This document shows, one piece after another, positions 29,076 through 40,193 of a DNA stretch of 64,000 nt. The stretch is from positions 678,917 to 742,916 of the forward strand of contig CBDBHE010000007.1 in NCBI GenBank assembly GCA_965205605.1. Reading direction: 5' to 3'. The notes beneath the pieces are model-generated. The model did not search any database. It worked only from the letters and a program-made list of their open reading frames with translations, and was not told the origin of the DNA. Source of the DNA: Spirochaetota bacterium. GTDB lineage: Bacteria; Spirochaetota; UBA12135; COTS27; CBDBHE01. Position 1 is the first letter of the stretch. Each line of letters begins with the position of its first letter. A program made the position numbers and the translations under genes.

Positions 29076-29333
29076 TTGAGTATTAATAAAATGGTTAAAT
29101 TAAGTCGGTTCAATAAGGAAGTGTTTTATCTCAACCCAATGATGATCGAACAAATTGAAAAAGCACCTGATTTAACTATTACTTTAGTGAATGGAAAAAA
29201 ATTAATTGTTGCTGATAACTTGGAAACAATTATTGAAGAAATGATGATTTATTGGCAATCTGTTTTTCATTTAGATAAGAAAAGTGAGTATTTAAAATTA
29301 CTTGCAATAGAAGAAACTACAAAAAAAATATAG
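29076..29333 (+). CDS. flbD: Flagellar FlbD family protein (start may be ATG 29091)
   Basis: MVKLSRFN...FYLNPMMIEQIEKAPDLTITLVNGKK; upstream of motA. Confidence 0.88.
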   Translation: MSINKMVKLSRFNKEVFYLNPMMIEQIEKAPDLTITLVNGKKLIVADNLETIIEEMMIYWQSVFHLDKKSEYLKLLAIEETTKKI

Positions 29334-29345
29334 AGGAGGTTTTTC

Positions 29346-30128
29346 TTGGATTTAGCAACAGTTATAGGGATTAGTGTCAGCTTTGTTTTTTTAGTTTTTG
29401 GTCTTTTATCGGGGGGAGGGTTACTTTCAAGCTATATTGATGTGGCTTCTATTTTTATTGTATTAGGAGGGGCTTTTGGGTCGGTGATTGCTTCGCATTC
29501 GGGGGCTGACATCAGGAAGTTTGTAGCTATTTTATTGATTGCCTTTAAAAAAAAAGTTCAAGACCCTAGTCGGATTATTTTAACTCTTCTTAGTTTTTCT
29601 GAAAAAGCAAGAAGAGAAGGCCTTCTTGCTTTGGAAGATGATCTTGAGGAGACGTCTGATCTTTTTCTTAAATCAGGGATTCAACTTGTTGTTGATGGAA
29701 CAGAGCCAGAAGTCGTAAAAAATATTATGGATGGAGAACTCGAAGCTCTTTCGTCTCGCCATGAAGGTTTTATTGAAATATTTTATAATCTTGGAGCGAT
29801 GTGTCCTGCGTTTGGAATGATTGGAACGTTGATTGGGTTGATTGTGATGATGAGCAACTTGGGAGGAGATGCAAGTGCTATTGGAAGAGGAATGGCTGCT
29901 GCCTTATTAACAACGCTGTATGGTTCTATTATGGCAAATGTATTTTTTATTCCTATTTCAAAAAAACTAGAAAAAGTTAATAATGATGAAATCGTCCTTA
30001 AAACGATTATGATCGAAGGGACTTTATCTATTCAATCAGGAGATAATCCAAGAATCTTACAACAAAAATTAGTTTCTTATTTTCCTTCTTCAGTAAGAGA
30101 AGATATTAAAAACCAAATAGGGGACTAG
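29346..30128 (+). CDS. motA: Flagellar stator MotA
   Basis: ARREGLLALE, PAFGMIGTLIGL, ALLTTLYG, SIQSGDNPR; GAGGAGG SD. Confidence 0.96.
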   Translation: MDLATVIGISVSFVFLVFGLLSGGGLLSSYIDVASIFIVLGGAFGSVIASHSGADIRKFVAILLIAFKKKVQDPSRIILTLLSFSEKARREGLLALEDDLEETSDLFLKSGIQLVVDGTEPEVVKNIMDGELEALSSRHEGFIEIFYNLGAMCPAFGMIGTLIGLIVMMSNLGGDASAIGRGMAAALLTTLYGSIMANVFFIPISKKLEKVNNDEIVLKTIMIEGTLSIQSGDNPRILQQKLVSYFPSSVREDIKNQIGD

Positions 30129-30131
30129 GTT

Positions 30132-30860
30132 TTGAAAAAAAAGTGCAAAAAATGTAAAGAAGGTGCCCCTGCTTGGATGGTTACTTTTTCTGATATGACC
30201 ACTCTTTTGATGGTTTTTTTTGTACTTTTGATTGCCTCAGGCGAAGTGAAGATCATAAAAACAAAAATTATTTTATCGGCTTTTTCTGGAAAACTGGGTC
30301 TTTTAAAAGGAGGTAAGTCTCTTTCACCCGGAGAGTTTGAAAATATGGGCCAAAGTATTGAATCGCTTCCTTCTACTAAAAAAGCTCGTTTTCTTTCAAA
30401 ATCTTATAAGAAAGCGATTTCTGTTTTTAAACCTGAAATTAAATCTAAAAAAGTACGTGTGATTGAAACTGAGCGAGGGATCATTATTTCTTTAATGAGT
30501 GACTTATTATTTGAAGGTGGTACGGCGGCCATCAACTTTAATGATGTTCGTGATATTTTAGGAAATGTAAGGCTACTAATGGATGATCCTGATTTTGATA
30601 ATCATCTTCAAATAGAAGGTCATACGGATAGTGTTGATTATCGAGGAACTGATTTTAGAGATAATTGGCATTTATCAACAGAGCGAGCTTGGTCAGTTTT
30701 AAATGCTTTAAAGTTGATCCCTTCGCTTAGTGATTTTGATGAAAATCAAATCTCTATTCATGGCTATGGGGGCACGAGACCGGTTGAAAGTAATGATACT
30801 CCAGAAGGAAGAGCTTATAATAGAAGAGTCGATATTGTTTTTATTAATGAGGAATTGTAA
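30132..30860 (+). CDS. motB: Flagellar stator MotB
   Basis: WMVTFSDMTTLL; OmpA-like domain IEGHTD, NWHLSTERA, NRRVDI. Confidence 0.96.
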   Translation: MKKKCKKCKEGAPAWMVTFSDMTTLLMVFFVLLIASGEVKIIKTKIILSAFSGKLGLLKGGKSLSPGEFENMGQSIESLPSTKKARFLSKSYKKAISVFKPEIKSKKVRVIETERGIIISLMSDLLFEGGTAAINFNDVRDILGNVRLLMDDPDFDNHLQIEGHTDSVDYRGTDFRDNWHLSTERAWSVLNALKLIPSLSDFDENQISIHGYGGTRPVESNDTPEGRAYNRRVDIVFINEEL

Positions 30861-30901
30861 TTTTAATTACTTGTAATATAATTTAAAAAGGAATAAGCAT
30901 T

Positions 30902-31492
30902 ATGGCAGATGAAAAAGAAAAAGAAAATAATGACTCAATAGAAGGAGAGGATGTAGGAAAAAATTCGAATGATTCTTTATTACCTGGTTTTGATTTTCAG
31001 AAAATTCTTTTAACAAGTCTTCAATATATTGTTGTTGCTGTTTTAACGTTTATTATTTCTTACTGTGTTTCTTCTCGAAATAAAGAAAGTGTGTATTCTC
31101 CCCAGCAGTTTAATGCTAAGATGTCTGAAGAAGAACTTAGAAATACAGATATTAATACAGATGATTTTTATACTCCTATCCCATCAGGTTTTGATTGGAC
31201 GATGGAGGAAATGATTATTAATACCGCCGATGAAGATGCCAATCATTTTGTTAAAGCAAAAATTGTTGTCTCTTATGATAAAGAAAAACCTGCTATTTTA
31301 ACAGAGCTTACAGCAAGGAGTTCGCAATTACATGCGGAAGTTAGAAAAATCATTGGTTCAAAACGATATTCAGATATTCGTGGCATTCATAATCAAGAAA
31401 TTTTAACAAAAGAAATTAAAACAAAAGTACAACTTATTGTTAGAAAGCCAGGTGTAATTGATGTGTTTTTAAGAGATTTTACCCTTCATTAA
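30902..31492 (+). CDS. fliL: Flagellar basal body protein FliL
   Basis: Single TM plus INTAD...HFVKAKI FliL-like domain; lies between motB and fliM. Confidence 0.82.
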   Translation: MADEKEKENNDSIEGEDVGKNSNDSLLPGFDFQKILLTSLQYIVVAVLTFIISYCVSSRNKESVYSPQQFNAKMSEEELRNTDINTDDFYTPIPSGFDWTMEEMIINTADEDANHFVKAKIVVSYDKEKPAILTELTARSSQLHAEVRKIIGSKRYSDIRGIHNQEILTKEIKTKVQLIVRKPGVIDVFLRDFTLH

Positions 31493-31524
31493 AATTGATT
31501 AAAGGATATTTAAGAGAAAACTAA

Positions 31525-32583
31525 ATGACAGAAATATTATCTCAAGATGAAATTGATAAGCTTTTATCAGCTGTTGATGTTGATGATTTTTCAGCAACAG
31601 ACAGTAGTTCCGATGGCGGAGATGGGGGGATGTATGGGGACTTGGATGATGATTTTAAAAAAGCAACGTCTGTTAAAATCTATGATTTTAAGCGTCCGGA
31701 TAAATTTTCTAAAGATCAAATCCGAACTCTTCAAATGATTCATGAAACTTATGCTCGTTTAACCACAACTTCTCTTTCGGCTCAATTAAGAAGTTTTGTT
31801 AATGTTCACGTCGCTTCGGTTGATCAGCTGACTTATGAAGAGTTTTCAAGGAGTATTCCCAATCCAGCAACATTGGCTATCATTAACATGGATCCTTTAA
31901 AAGGGTCGGCTATTATGGAAATCGATCCTACGATTACCTTTGCCATTATTGATCGTCTCTTTGGAGGAGAAGGAGAATCAATTAAAGACAATCGAGAACT
32001 TACAGATATCGAGCTTTCTGTTATGGAAGGAATTGTCATTCGTACCTTAGGAAATCTTAGAGAAGCTTGGTCAAATGTGATTGATTTAAGACCTAAGCTA
32101 GGTAATATTGAAACTAATATTCAGTTTTCTCAAATTGTTCCTCCTAATGATATGGTTGTTTTAATTACTTTGGAAACAAGAATTGGGGATGTAGAAGGAA
32201 TGATTAATTTTTGTATTCCTTATATTGCTATTGAAACGGTTAACACAAAACTTTCTGCTCAATATATGTATTCGAGTGTGCATCGGGGAGAAAATATTGA
32301 AAATTTTGAATTAATTAAAGGGCATATTTATGACACTACTTTAAGTATTGTGCCTAGACTTGGAGAAGTCACTTTAAATATTAATGAGCTTTTAGCACTA
32401 AAAAAAAAAGATGTGGTTCGCCTTAATTCTAAAGTTAAAAATGATTTGCAACTTACCATTGGTAATAAAACGAAATATTTTTGTCGACCGGGGCTTTTAG
32501 ATAAACGTCTTTGTGTTCAAATTACCGATATTATTGAAGAAAAAAGTGAAGAAGAAGCGAGAATCTCTAGTTTGAACAAGTAG
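31525..32583 (+). CDS. fliM: Flagellar motor switch FliM
   Basis: [32 protein letters not shown]. Confidence 0.97.
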   Translation: MTEILSQDEIDKLLSAVDVDDFSATDSSSDGGDGGMYGDLDDDFKKATSVKIYDFKRPDKFSKDQIRTLQMIHETYARLTTTSLSAQLRSFVNVHVASVDQLTYEEFSRSIPNPATLAIINMDPLKGSAIMEIDPTITFAIIDRLFGGEGESIKDNRELTDIELSVMEGIVIRTLGNLREAWSNVIDLRPKLGNIETNIQFSQIVPPNDMVVLITLETRIGDVEGMINFCIPYIAIETVNTKLSAQYMYSSVHRGENIENFELIKGHIYDTTLSIVPRLGEVTLNINELLALKKKDVVRLNSKVKNDLQLTIGNKTKYFCRPGLLDKRLCVQITDIIEEKSEEEARISSLNK

Positions 32584-32590
32584 AGTCTCT

Positions 32591-33121
32591 TTGATGGAAG
32601 ATTTAAATTTATCAAGTGATGAAATGAATGACCTTCTTTCTAATGTAGGTGGAGATTCTTCAAAAAACACTAAAGATACAGCAGCAAAAATAGAGCAAAC
32701 AAAGGAGGTAAATAAGATAATGGATAATGTAGATAAACCTTTAGACGAAAATGACACCAGTGGGCTAGAATCTTTGTTGGCGGGAGGAGCTAAAGAAACC
32801 AACATTCAAGAAGCTCAATTTTCTCCTCTTCAAAATGTCAAGCCAAGTGACCAAGGAGATGGGGGTAATATTAGTCTTCTTTTGGATGTTCCTATGGAAG
32901 TAACCGTCGAACTTGGGCGTTCTGTTAAATCAATTAAGGAAATCCTCTCGTTAGGAGAAGGATCTATTATTGAGCTAGACAAACTTGCTGGTGAACCAGT
33001 AGATTTACTTGTCAATGGCAAGCCAATTGCTAAAGGAGAAGTGGTTGTTATTGATGAAAATTTTGGGGTAAGGGTAACTGAAATCATTGATCCTAAAGCA
33101 AGACTAGCAACGGTAGAATAA
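32591..33121 (+). CDS. fliN: Flagellar motor switch FliN
   Basis: [38 protein letters not shown]. Confidence 0.93.
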   Translation: MMEDLNLSSDEMNDLLSNVGGDSSKNTKDTAAKIEQTKEVNKIMDNVDKPLDENDTSGLESLLAGGAKETNIQEAQFSPLQNVKPSDQGDGGNISLLLDVPMEVTVELGRSVKSIKEILSLGEGSIIELDKLAGEPVDLLVNGKPIAKGEVVVIDENFGVRVTEIIDPKARLATVE

Positions 33122-33128
33122 TTTTTTT

Positions 33129-33587
33129 ATGTGTTTGATGACGCATGCTGTTTTAGAAGATTCTAAAGAGATTGCTAGTTTAATTCATTATTATTACAAA
33201 AAAAAATTGATGTTGGATGTCGATGATAAAACAGTTCAAAATCAGATTAATAATTTTTTTATTGCTAAAAAAAAATTCAAGTTTGTTGGGTGTTGTTCGC
33301 TTTATTATTATTCACCAAAATTAGTTGAAATTAGATCTTTGGGGATTTTCCCACATTATCATTCTTTAGGTATTGGAGGTCAGTTACTTGATTATGTTTT
33401 ACAGCAAGCTAAAAAAAAAAAAGCTTTAGAAGTTTTTGTTCTCACTAAAGAAGTCCATTTTTTTAAAAAACATCAATTTTTAGAAATAAAAAAAGAAGCT
33501 CTTCCTGAAAAAATTTGGAAAGACTGTTTAGGGTGTGCTTCTTACCCTCATTGTGAAGAAACAGCGATGTTAAAAAAATTAATTTAA
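33129..33587 (+). CDS. GNAT acetyltransferase, short ArgA-like (N-acetylglutamate synthase)
   Basis: EIRSLG, GIGGQL, LPEKIWKDCLGC..YPHCEETAM. Confidence 0.8.
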   Translation: MCLMTHAVLEDSKEIASLIHYYYKKKLMLDVDDKTVQNQINNFFIAKKKFKFVGCCSLYYYSPKLVEIRSLGIFPHYHSLGIGGQLLDYVLQQAKKKKALEVFVLTKEVHFFKKHQFLEIKKEALPEKIWKDCLGCASYPHCEETAMLKKLI

Positions 33588-34942
33588 CTTTTTTTTTTTG
33601 GATTTTTAAGAAAATTTTTCTTTAATAAAAGATCTTTTTTATTATTTTTTCTTTTTCTTACACGGGCGACTTTGATAATATGTGCTTTAAAAGCAGGATG
33701 TTTTTTTAAAAGTTGTTCAATGTCTTTTTTATTGAGAAAATATAAGGTACAAAAATTTTTTGTTTTAATCGTATAAGGAGTTTTTTGATTTTCTAAAAAA
33801 GAGATTTCTCCAAAAAATTGTCCTTCTTTTAAGTGGCTTATAATTTTATTTTTTTTTTCATCTAAAACAATAAGAGTTCCTTTATTAATAAAAAAAAGAC
33901 CTTTTGATTTTTCGTTTCTTTTAACAATGGTATCGTTTGGCAAATGAGTAACAAGATCCATTAATTTAATAATATCTTTAATAAAGATTTCTTTAGCTTC
34001 TCTAAAAAAAGGGACTTTTTTGATAATGTCTCGATTTAAAAACATCATAACTTTATTTCGAAGATTTTCAGGAAAATTAGATAAAAGGTCCAATTGTTTA
34101 TTGGATATATTATTTTCCCAAGTATAGCGATAAAAAATTTGCATTTCTTTTTGCAAGTTTTTTGGAATATTTTGTTTTTTAGAAAAATTATTAATTTCTT
34201 GCATTTTGTAAGTAAAGTGAGAATAAGCAATATTAAAATTAGCAATAATATTAGCAATATTACCAATAATATACCCATAAATACCAACACCAAAAATCAT
34301 CACAAACATCGCATAAATTTTTTCTCCATTACCTTTAGGGGTAATGTCCCCATATCCAACTGTTGTTAGAGTGGTCACACACCAATAGAAAGCATTAATA
34401 TAAATACTGAGAGAGTTATTTAAGTTGTTTTCTTCTCTTACCCAAATCCAACCACAAGTAATCCAATGAGTGGCAATGAGGGTCCCAATAGAAAAAAAAA
34501 TCGATTGGACTAAAATAGGATTGTGAAACTGTTTTAGTTGAAATTTTTTCCAATAGTCTCTAATTCTAAAGAGTTTTGGAAAACGAAGTAGTCTAAAAAG
34601 GTTTAAAAAATTGGTATAGGGAGAAGCTTGGTTTGTTTGACTATGATGAACGAGAAAAACGTTTAAAATAATCTCAAAAGGGACAGCAGCAAGAAAATCA
34701 GCTGTAAACCAAGCTTTTAAATAATTTTTGATACTCTTGTTTTTGAAGTGCATGGCTACTTTGATCATAAAATCAGTCGCAAAAACAACAATGATTAATT
34801 TTTCGATATTACTAAAAAAAAAATGAGTGTCGAATTTAAACACAATTTTTAATGGGAGAAAGATCAATTCAAGTAGAAGTAATAAAATGATTAAAAATTC
34901 CCAAAGGCTATCAATAAAATGGGAATAAAATATTTTTTTCAT
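33584..34942 (-). CDS. Cyclic nucleotide-gated potassium channel (6TM + CNBD)
   Basis: S4 RLLRFPKLFR, selectivity filter TTVGYGD, C-linker, GQFFGEI CNBD. Confidence 0.93.
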   Translation of the reverse strand: MKKIFYSHFIDSLWEFLIILLLLLELIFLPLKIVFKFDTHFFFSNIEKLIIVVFATDFMIKVAMHFKNKSIKNYLKAWFTADFLAAVPFEIILNVFLVHHSQTNQASPYTNFLNLFRLLRFPKLFRIRDYWKKFQLKQFHNPILVQSIFFSIGTLIATHWITCGWIWVREENNLNNSLSIYINAFYWCVTTLTTVGYGDITPKGNGEKIYAMFVMIFGVGIYGYIIGNIANIIANFNIAYSHFTYKMQEINNFSKKQNIPKNLQKEMQIFYRYTWENNISNKQLDLLSNFPENLRNKVMMFLNRDIIKKVPFFREAKEIFIKDIIKLMDLVTHLPNDTIVKRNEKSKGLFFINKGTLIVLDEKKNKIISHLKEGQFFGEISFLENQKTPYTIKTKNFCTLYFLNKKDIEQLLKKHPAFKAHIIKVARVRKRKNNKKDLLLKKNFLKNPKKKS

Positions 34943-35057
34943 CTTTAAAAAGATTAAAAGAGTGCTTTTTTAAACAAAATTCTCTTAATGCTTAAATTTT
35001 CGGTGTTGAGTCACGAAAATGTAACTGAAGATTAAAATTTTTTACATAATATTACTT

Positions 35058-37121
35058 ATGAAATCTCTGTTTTTTTTTAGCAATCAAAAATTTAAAAGAG
35101 AAGAATTCTTACTTCATTTATTTTATCTTGTGAATTTTAAAGAAGATTTTTCTAAACTTCTACCACGTTTACTAAGGTTAGTTAAAAAATCAGAAAAAAA
35201 TATAGCCAGAAAAAAAGAAACTGTCGAACTTTTATTCTTACTTTCTAAAATTTTTTTAGAACTAGGTGAATTTAAAAAAAGTTCTGAAGGTTTGCAAAAA
35301 GCGTTTAAGATCCTTTATTCTTCTGAAGGATTAAAGATTGAAAAAATAAAAGCGAATCATTTTTATAGTTTATTTTTAATTTTCAATGGCTTTTTTGATC
35401 AAGCTTTAATTATTCTCAATCAATCTATAACTCATTTAAAGTCTTTTTCAAAAAAACCAGAAGCAAAAAAACTTGAAATACAAGCTTTTTATTTAAAAGG
35501 AAAATGTTGTTTTTTAAAAGACCAGTACACCCTTGCAGAAAATTGTTTAAAAAAAGTGTTGTTTTTATGCGATTCTCATTTAGACGAATCGTTTTTTTTT
35601 GCAGGGATTAGTTCGCATTATTTGGGAAAAATATATTTAATTAAAGAAAATTTTGATTTAGCTTTATTTTTTTTATCAAAAACTTCGATGTATTTTCGTT
35701 TTTTACCTAAAGATAATTCTAATCGATTAGAAAATAATTTGGCTTTGGGAGATTATTACCTTAATTTAAAGCAACCTAAAAGAGCTAAAGAGTTTTATTG
35801 TAAACAATTAAAACAATATAAAGTTAAACATGGGAGGTGTTTCCATCGCTTAGTAGATGTTTTTTTCAAGATAGGTTTAAGTTACAAAGAACTTTATCAA
35901 TATAAAAAAACTGTTTTTTTTCTTAAAAAAGCAATCCAATTAGAGAAAAAAATTAATCGGTGGAATTCATATAAATTATTTTTTTTATATCGTCATTTAG
36001 GAGATATTTATTATTTTTTTGGTCAAAATTTTAAAGCAGAAGAAGCTTATTTACAAGCTCACACGATTAAGCAAAAAAATGGATCAATTTCTTCTTTAGA
36101 TTACGCTTTTTTTTTAAAGGGGTTGTCTGCTTTATATATTTCTTCTCCTAAGCAATTTTTTGTTTTTGTAAAACCAGGAGATTTTTTTACGATGGTAGAG
36201 AAGTTTCTTCATTTTGTTTCACGTATTTTTATTGAAAAATTAGGAGACACCCATCCAAAAGTTGCGGAGATATTTTTTATTTTAGGTCATTTATTTTATG
36301 GATATCATAAAATAAAAGAATCTCTCTTATTTTATCAGAAAGCAGTGCGTATTTATAATTGTTATCATCAGAGTTCTCATCAAAAAGAAATTGCTTTAGG
36401 ATATCTTTTTTTAGCAAGGTCATGGATTAAGATGGATGCTTTTAATGAGTTTGTTGATCAGATGCGTTGCGCCAACGAGTGGAATAAAAAGAAATTTTTT
36501 AAAGGGAGTGCGGATCAAGCTTATTTTTTGTTTTTAAGATCAAAGCTATTGGTTGAAAACAAAGATTACCTAAAAGCTAAAAATGATTTAGAAAAAGCAG
36601 TTAAAATCTATATTCAGTTTTTTGGAAAGCACTCTCTTTTTCTTAAAGAAGTTTACTTTTTATTAATTGAAACTTATTTAGAAATGCATCAATATAAAAA
36701 AGCCTTGTTTTTTTCTAAGAAAGTTTTAAGATTAACTAGTTTTTTGGGTAAAGAAAAAATGAAAGAAAGAACCAAGTGCTTATTATTGATTGGTAAAGTC
36801 TATTTAGCTGAAAAAAAATACCCAAAAGCAAAAGCATTTCTCACTAAAGCGGTTAAGGAAAATATTTTAATGTTTGGTGAAGATAATTGTGAAACGATAG
36901 TGTGTCAAAGCTATTTAGCTAGTTTGTATAAACAAATTAAAGATTACCAAAGAGCAGAAATCATTTATCAACGTATTTTATCTCATGTTTATGAAATAAA
37001 AGAATTTTCGATCAAGGAAACGATTCCTTTTTTAAAAGAATATTATGAATTGCTTGTTTTAAAAGGCAATGAGGAAGATTCAAAAATTATTTTAGAAAAA
37101 ATAAAATCGATTACGGTTTAA
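35058..37121 (+). CDS. Tetratricopeptide repeat protein
   Basis: Repeated LG..Y...A...Y.KA helical units; LGDTHPKVA kinesin-light-chain-like TPR motif. Confidence 0.8.
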   Translation: MKSLFFFSNQKFKREEFLLHLFYLVNFKEDFSKLLPRLLRLVKKSEKNIARKKETVELLFLLSKIFLELGEFKKSSEGLQKAFKILYSSEGLKIEKIKANHFYSLFLIFNGFFDQALIILNQSITHLKSFSKKPEAKKLEIQAFYLKGKCCFLKDQYTLAENCLKKVLFLCDSHLDESFFFAGISSHYLGKIYLIKENFDLALFFLSKTSMYFRFLPKDNSNRLENNLALGDYYLNLKQPKRAKEFYCKQLKQYKVKHGRCFHRLVDVFFKIGLSYKELYQYKKTVFFLKKAIQLEKKINRWNSYKLFFLYRHLGDIYYFFGQNFKAEEAYLQAHTIKQKNGSISSLDYAFFLKGLSALYISSPKQFFVFVKPGDFFTMVEKFLHFVSRIFIEKLGDTHPKVAEIFFILGHLFYGYHKIKESLLFYQKAVRIYNCYHQSSHQKEIALGYLFLARSWIKMDAFNEFVDQMRCANEWNKKKFFKGSADQAYFLFLRSKLLVENKDYLKAKNDLEKAVKIYIQFFGKHSLFLKEVYFLLIETYLEMHQYKKALFFSKKVLRLTSFLGKEKMKERTKCLLLIGKVYLAEKKYPKAKAFLTKAVKENILMFGEDNCETIVCQSYLASLYKQIKDYQRAEIIYQRILSHVYEIKEFSIKETIPFLKEYYELLVLKGNEEDSKIILEKIKSITV

Positions 37122-37256
37122 AAAAGAGCGTTTTTTTTTAAGTTTCTTTTTTTTGAAAATCAACAAAAAAAGTGAATTAAAATGAATAGTTGCTTTATTT
37201 TTTATATAAATAATGCTAGGATGAATCCTCGTTTTTAATTATTTTTTATTTTATCA

Positions 37257-38267
37257 ATGAAGGTTTCATTGGATCCGTTTATTCAAAGTCAATTAGAGTA
37301 TTTTATAGAAGGGCTTGATTCTATTTTATCTAGTGGTAATGTAGGTCGATTGGGGGCTTTTCAAAATAAAAATTTTAATGACAAAGGATTTCTTTTTGAG
37401 AAGGAAGACTTTATTAATCTTTTAAAACAAAAATCAATTTCGATAAGTGATGTAACTTTACCCCAAAAGTTTTTAGTAAAGATTAAATTTAGCCCTATTT
37501 CACTTTTTAAGAAGTGGATTTTTTATATTTCTAATGATTCTTTATTAAAAATATCTGAAAGGAAAGATAGGTTTGAGAAAGATTTTTTTCTTTATGAGAA
37601 AGGAGGAATTTATTCTTTTTTTATGTTAACGACTAATATTGCTCAAGAGAGATTTTTATATCATCTTTATGAAAAAGAAGATTTAAAAGATTATCAAATT
37701 CATTTTAATCTTGCTTTTGATGAAAATCGAAAGCTTATTTTGTATAAAGACTATCTTAATAAAAAGGAATATGGTATTTTTTTAGATGAATCAATACCGA
37801 TAAGAAAGTTACAAAAAATTGAGATGATTATTGATAAAGATAGTCAAGGGATTAGTTACACGCTTTGTACAGGTTGTTTGAAACGGAGTTATTATTTTTT
37901 TGATTTGAAAGAAGATGAGAAGAAGCTTAAAAAGCTTGATGAACTAAAACCAGTAAAGAAAAAAAGTATGAAATTATCAAATCAAGTTTTACCTGAAAAG
38001 AATTATGTTGAAATAGATGCCTTTCTTAAATCTTTTGATGGGATTAACAAGTCGACGAATCAATTTGCTAATATTTCTTTGGGGCGGATCAATCGTATTC
38101 CGGTACTGATTAATCTTTCTAATTCTTATAAAAATACTTTGATTGTGATTAAGTATCATGAAGAAAATAGAGTTTTAAATATCTTAGATCAAAAAGGGTC
38201 GGTGATTAAATCTTTTTTAGTTTCTAAAAACCCTAAGAGTAATTGGTTAAAAAGAGCAAAAAAATAA
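37257..38267 (+). CDS. Hypothetical protein
   Basis: 336-aa ORF co-oriented 18 bp upstream of gyrB; no recognised motif. Confidence 0.65.
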   Translation: MKVSLDPFIQSQLEYFIEGLDSILSSGNVGRLGAFQNKNFNDKGFLFEKEDFINLLKQKSISISDVTLPQKFLVKIKFSPISLFKKWIFYISNDSLLKISERKDRFEKDFFLYEKGGIYSFFMLTTNIAQERFLYHLYEKEDLKDYQIHFNLAFDENRKLILYKDYLNKKEYGIFLDESIPIRKLQKIEMIIDKDSQGISYTLCTGCLKRSYYFFDLKEDEKKLKKLDELKPVKKKSMKLSNQVLPEKNYVEIDAFLKSFDGINKSTNQFANISLGRINRIPVLINLSNSYKNTLIVIKYHEENRVLNILDQKGSVIKSFLVSKNPKSNWLKRAKK

Positions 38268-38285
38268 TTTTTTTATTAAAAAATC

Positions 38286-40193
38286 ATGGCTAATCAAAAA
38301 TATACTTCAAGTGATATTCAAGTTTTAGAAGGGCTTAGTGCGGTTCGAAAAAGACCTGGGATGTATATTGGGTCTACGGATGTTCATGGGTTGCATCATT
38401 GTTTGTATGAAGTTTTGGACAATTCGGTTGATGAGGCGCTTGGGGGGTTTTGTGATTTAATCAAAGTTACTTTTAAAGAAGGCGATATTTTTAGAGTTGA
38501 GGATAATGGGAGAGGGATTCCAATTGATCCACATCCCAAGTATCAAGTTTCTGCTTTAGAAGTGGTTTTAACGAAGCTTCATGCGGGAGGGAAATTTCAG
38601 AAAAATGTTTATAAAGTTTCTGGAGGCTTGCATGGAGTGGGGATTTCTTGTGTCAATGCTTTATCAGAATGGATGCATGTAATTGTTGAAAGAGATGGGG
38701 GGAAGTATGAAATTAAACTTAAACAAGGCAAAGTGGTTGAAGCGGTTAAAAAAATAGGGACGAGCAAGAGACGAGGAACGATTATTGAGTTTAAAGCAGA
38801 TGAAGAGATTTTTGAAACAACCCAAATGGAATACAACTTTATTGCTAAGAGGCTCCTTGAGCTATCTTTTCTTAATCGAGGACTTAAAATTGAGTTTAAA
38901 GATGAGAGAGAAAATAAAAATAAGTTAAACACTTATTATTTTGAAGGGGGGATTGTTTCTTTTATTGAGCATTTAAATAGAAATAAAAAAACCCTTACAA
39001 AAAGCCCAATTTATTTTTCTTGTGAAAAAGATGATATTGCTGTTGAAGTGGTGATGTCGTATACAGAAAATTATAATGAAGTCCTGCATTCATATGTTAA
39101 TAATGTTGAAACGACAGAAGGGGGGACTCATGTTAGTGGGTTTAAAATGGCGTTATTTCGAATTTTTTCTAAGTTTTTAAATTATTATAAGTTGGATAAA
39201 AAAAATCAGATTTCGTTTGTTTCCGATGATACTCGCGAAGGGCTTGTTGCCATTATTTCAGCGAAAGTCCCTGAACCTCAATTTGATGGTCAAACAAAAA
39301 ATCGATTAGGAAACTCTTATGTTCAGCCTTTAATGAAAGAAATTGTTGAACAAGAGTTGCAAAAATATTTTGAAACCAACATTGCTGATGGGAAAATCAT
39401 TATTAGTAAGGCCGTCCAAGCTTCACAAGCTAGAGAAGCGGCTAGAAAAGCAAGAGAAATTGCAAGAAGAAAAACAGCTTTAATGAATGATAGTCTTCCG
39501 GGAAAATTGGCGGATTGTTCTAGTAAAATTGTTGAAGAAACAGAGATTTATTTAGTGGAAGGAGATTCTGCTGGTGGGACAGCGAAACAAGGACGGGATC
39601 GTAATTTTCAGGCTATTTTATCGCTTTGGGGAAAGATGCTTAATGTTGAAAAAACACGTTTTGATAAAGTCATTTCTAATGAAAAGTTACAACCAATTAT
39701 TGCTGCTTTGGGAGCTGGGATAGGGGATGACTTTGATGTGTTGAGGCTTCGCTATGGGAAGATTATTATTATGGCTGATGCTGATGTGGATGGGTCGCAT
39801 ATTAGGACGCTTCTTTTAACTTTTTTCTTTCGTTATATGAAGCCTTTAGTTGAATGTGAAAAAATCTATATTGCCATGCCTCCTCTGTATAAAATTTGGC
39901 ATCAAAAAAAAATCTTTTATGTCTATACTGATCAAGAAAGAGATCAGGTTTTAAAAACCCACTTCAAAGATATTAATCCTTCCTTTCAGCGTTATAAAGG
40001 GCTTGGGGAAATGAATTCCTCTCAACTTTGGGAAACCACCATGAACCCTGAAACAAGAAATATTGTTAAAATTAAAATTGAAGACTTAGAAGAAACCGAC
40101 AAGCTTTTTTCTACTTTAATGGGAGATGAAGTGGTACCAAGAAAAGAGTTTATTTATCAATACTCTAAAGAAGTTGTTAATCTAGATATATGA
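38286..40193 (+). CDS. gyrB: DNA gyrase subunit B
   Basis: VRKRPGMYIG, DNSVDE, SGGLHGVG, EGDSAGG, LWGKMLNVEK, DADVDG, RYKGLGEM. Confidence 0.93.
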   Translation: MANQKYTSSDIQVLEGLSAVRKRPGMYIGSTDVHGLHHCLYEVLDNSVDEALGGFCDLIKVTFKEGDIFRVEDNGRGIPIDPHPKYQVSALEVVLTKLHAGGKFQKNVYKVSGGLHGVGISCVNALSEWMHVIVERDGGKYEIKLKQGKVVEAVKKIGTSKRRGTIIEFKADEEIFETTQMEYNFIAKRLLELSFLNRGLKIEFKDERENKNKLNTYYFEGGIVSFIEHLNRNKKTLTKSPIYFSCEKDDIAVEVVMSYTENYNEVLHSYVNNVETTEGGTHVSGFKMALFRIFSKFLNYYKLDKKNQISFVSDDTREGLVAIISAKVPEPQFDGQTKNRLGNSYVQPLMKEIVEQELQKYFETNIADGKIIISKAVQASQAREAARKAREIARRKTALMNDSLPGKLADCSSKIVEETEIYLVEGDSAGGTAKQGRDRNFQAILSLWGKMLNVEKTRFDKVISNEKLQPIIAALGAGIGDDFDVLRLRYGKIIIMADADVDGSHIRTLLLTFFFRYMKPLVECEKIYIAMPPLYKIWHQKKIFYVYTDQERDQVLKTHFKDINPSFQRYKGLGEMNSSQLWETTMNPETRNIVKIKIEDLEETDKLFSTLMGDEVVPRKEFIYQYSKEVVNLDI

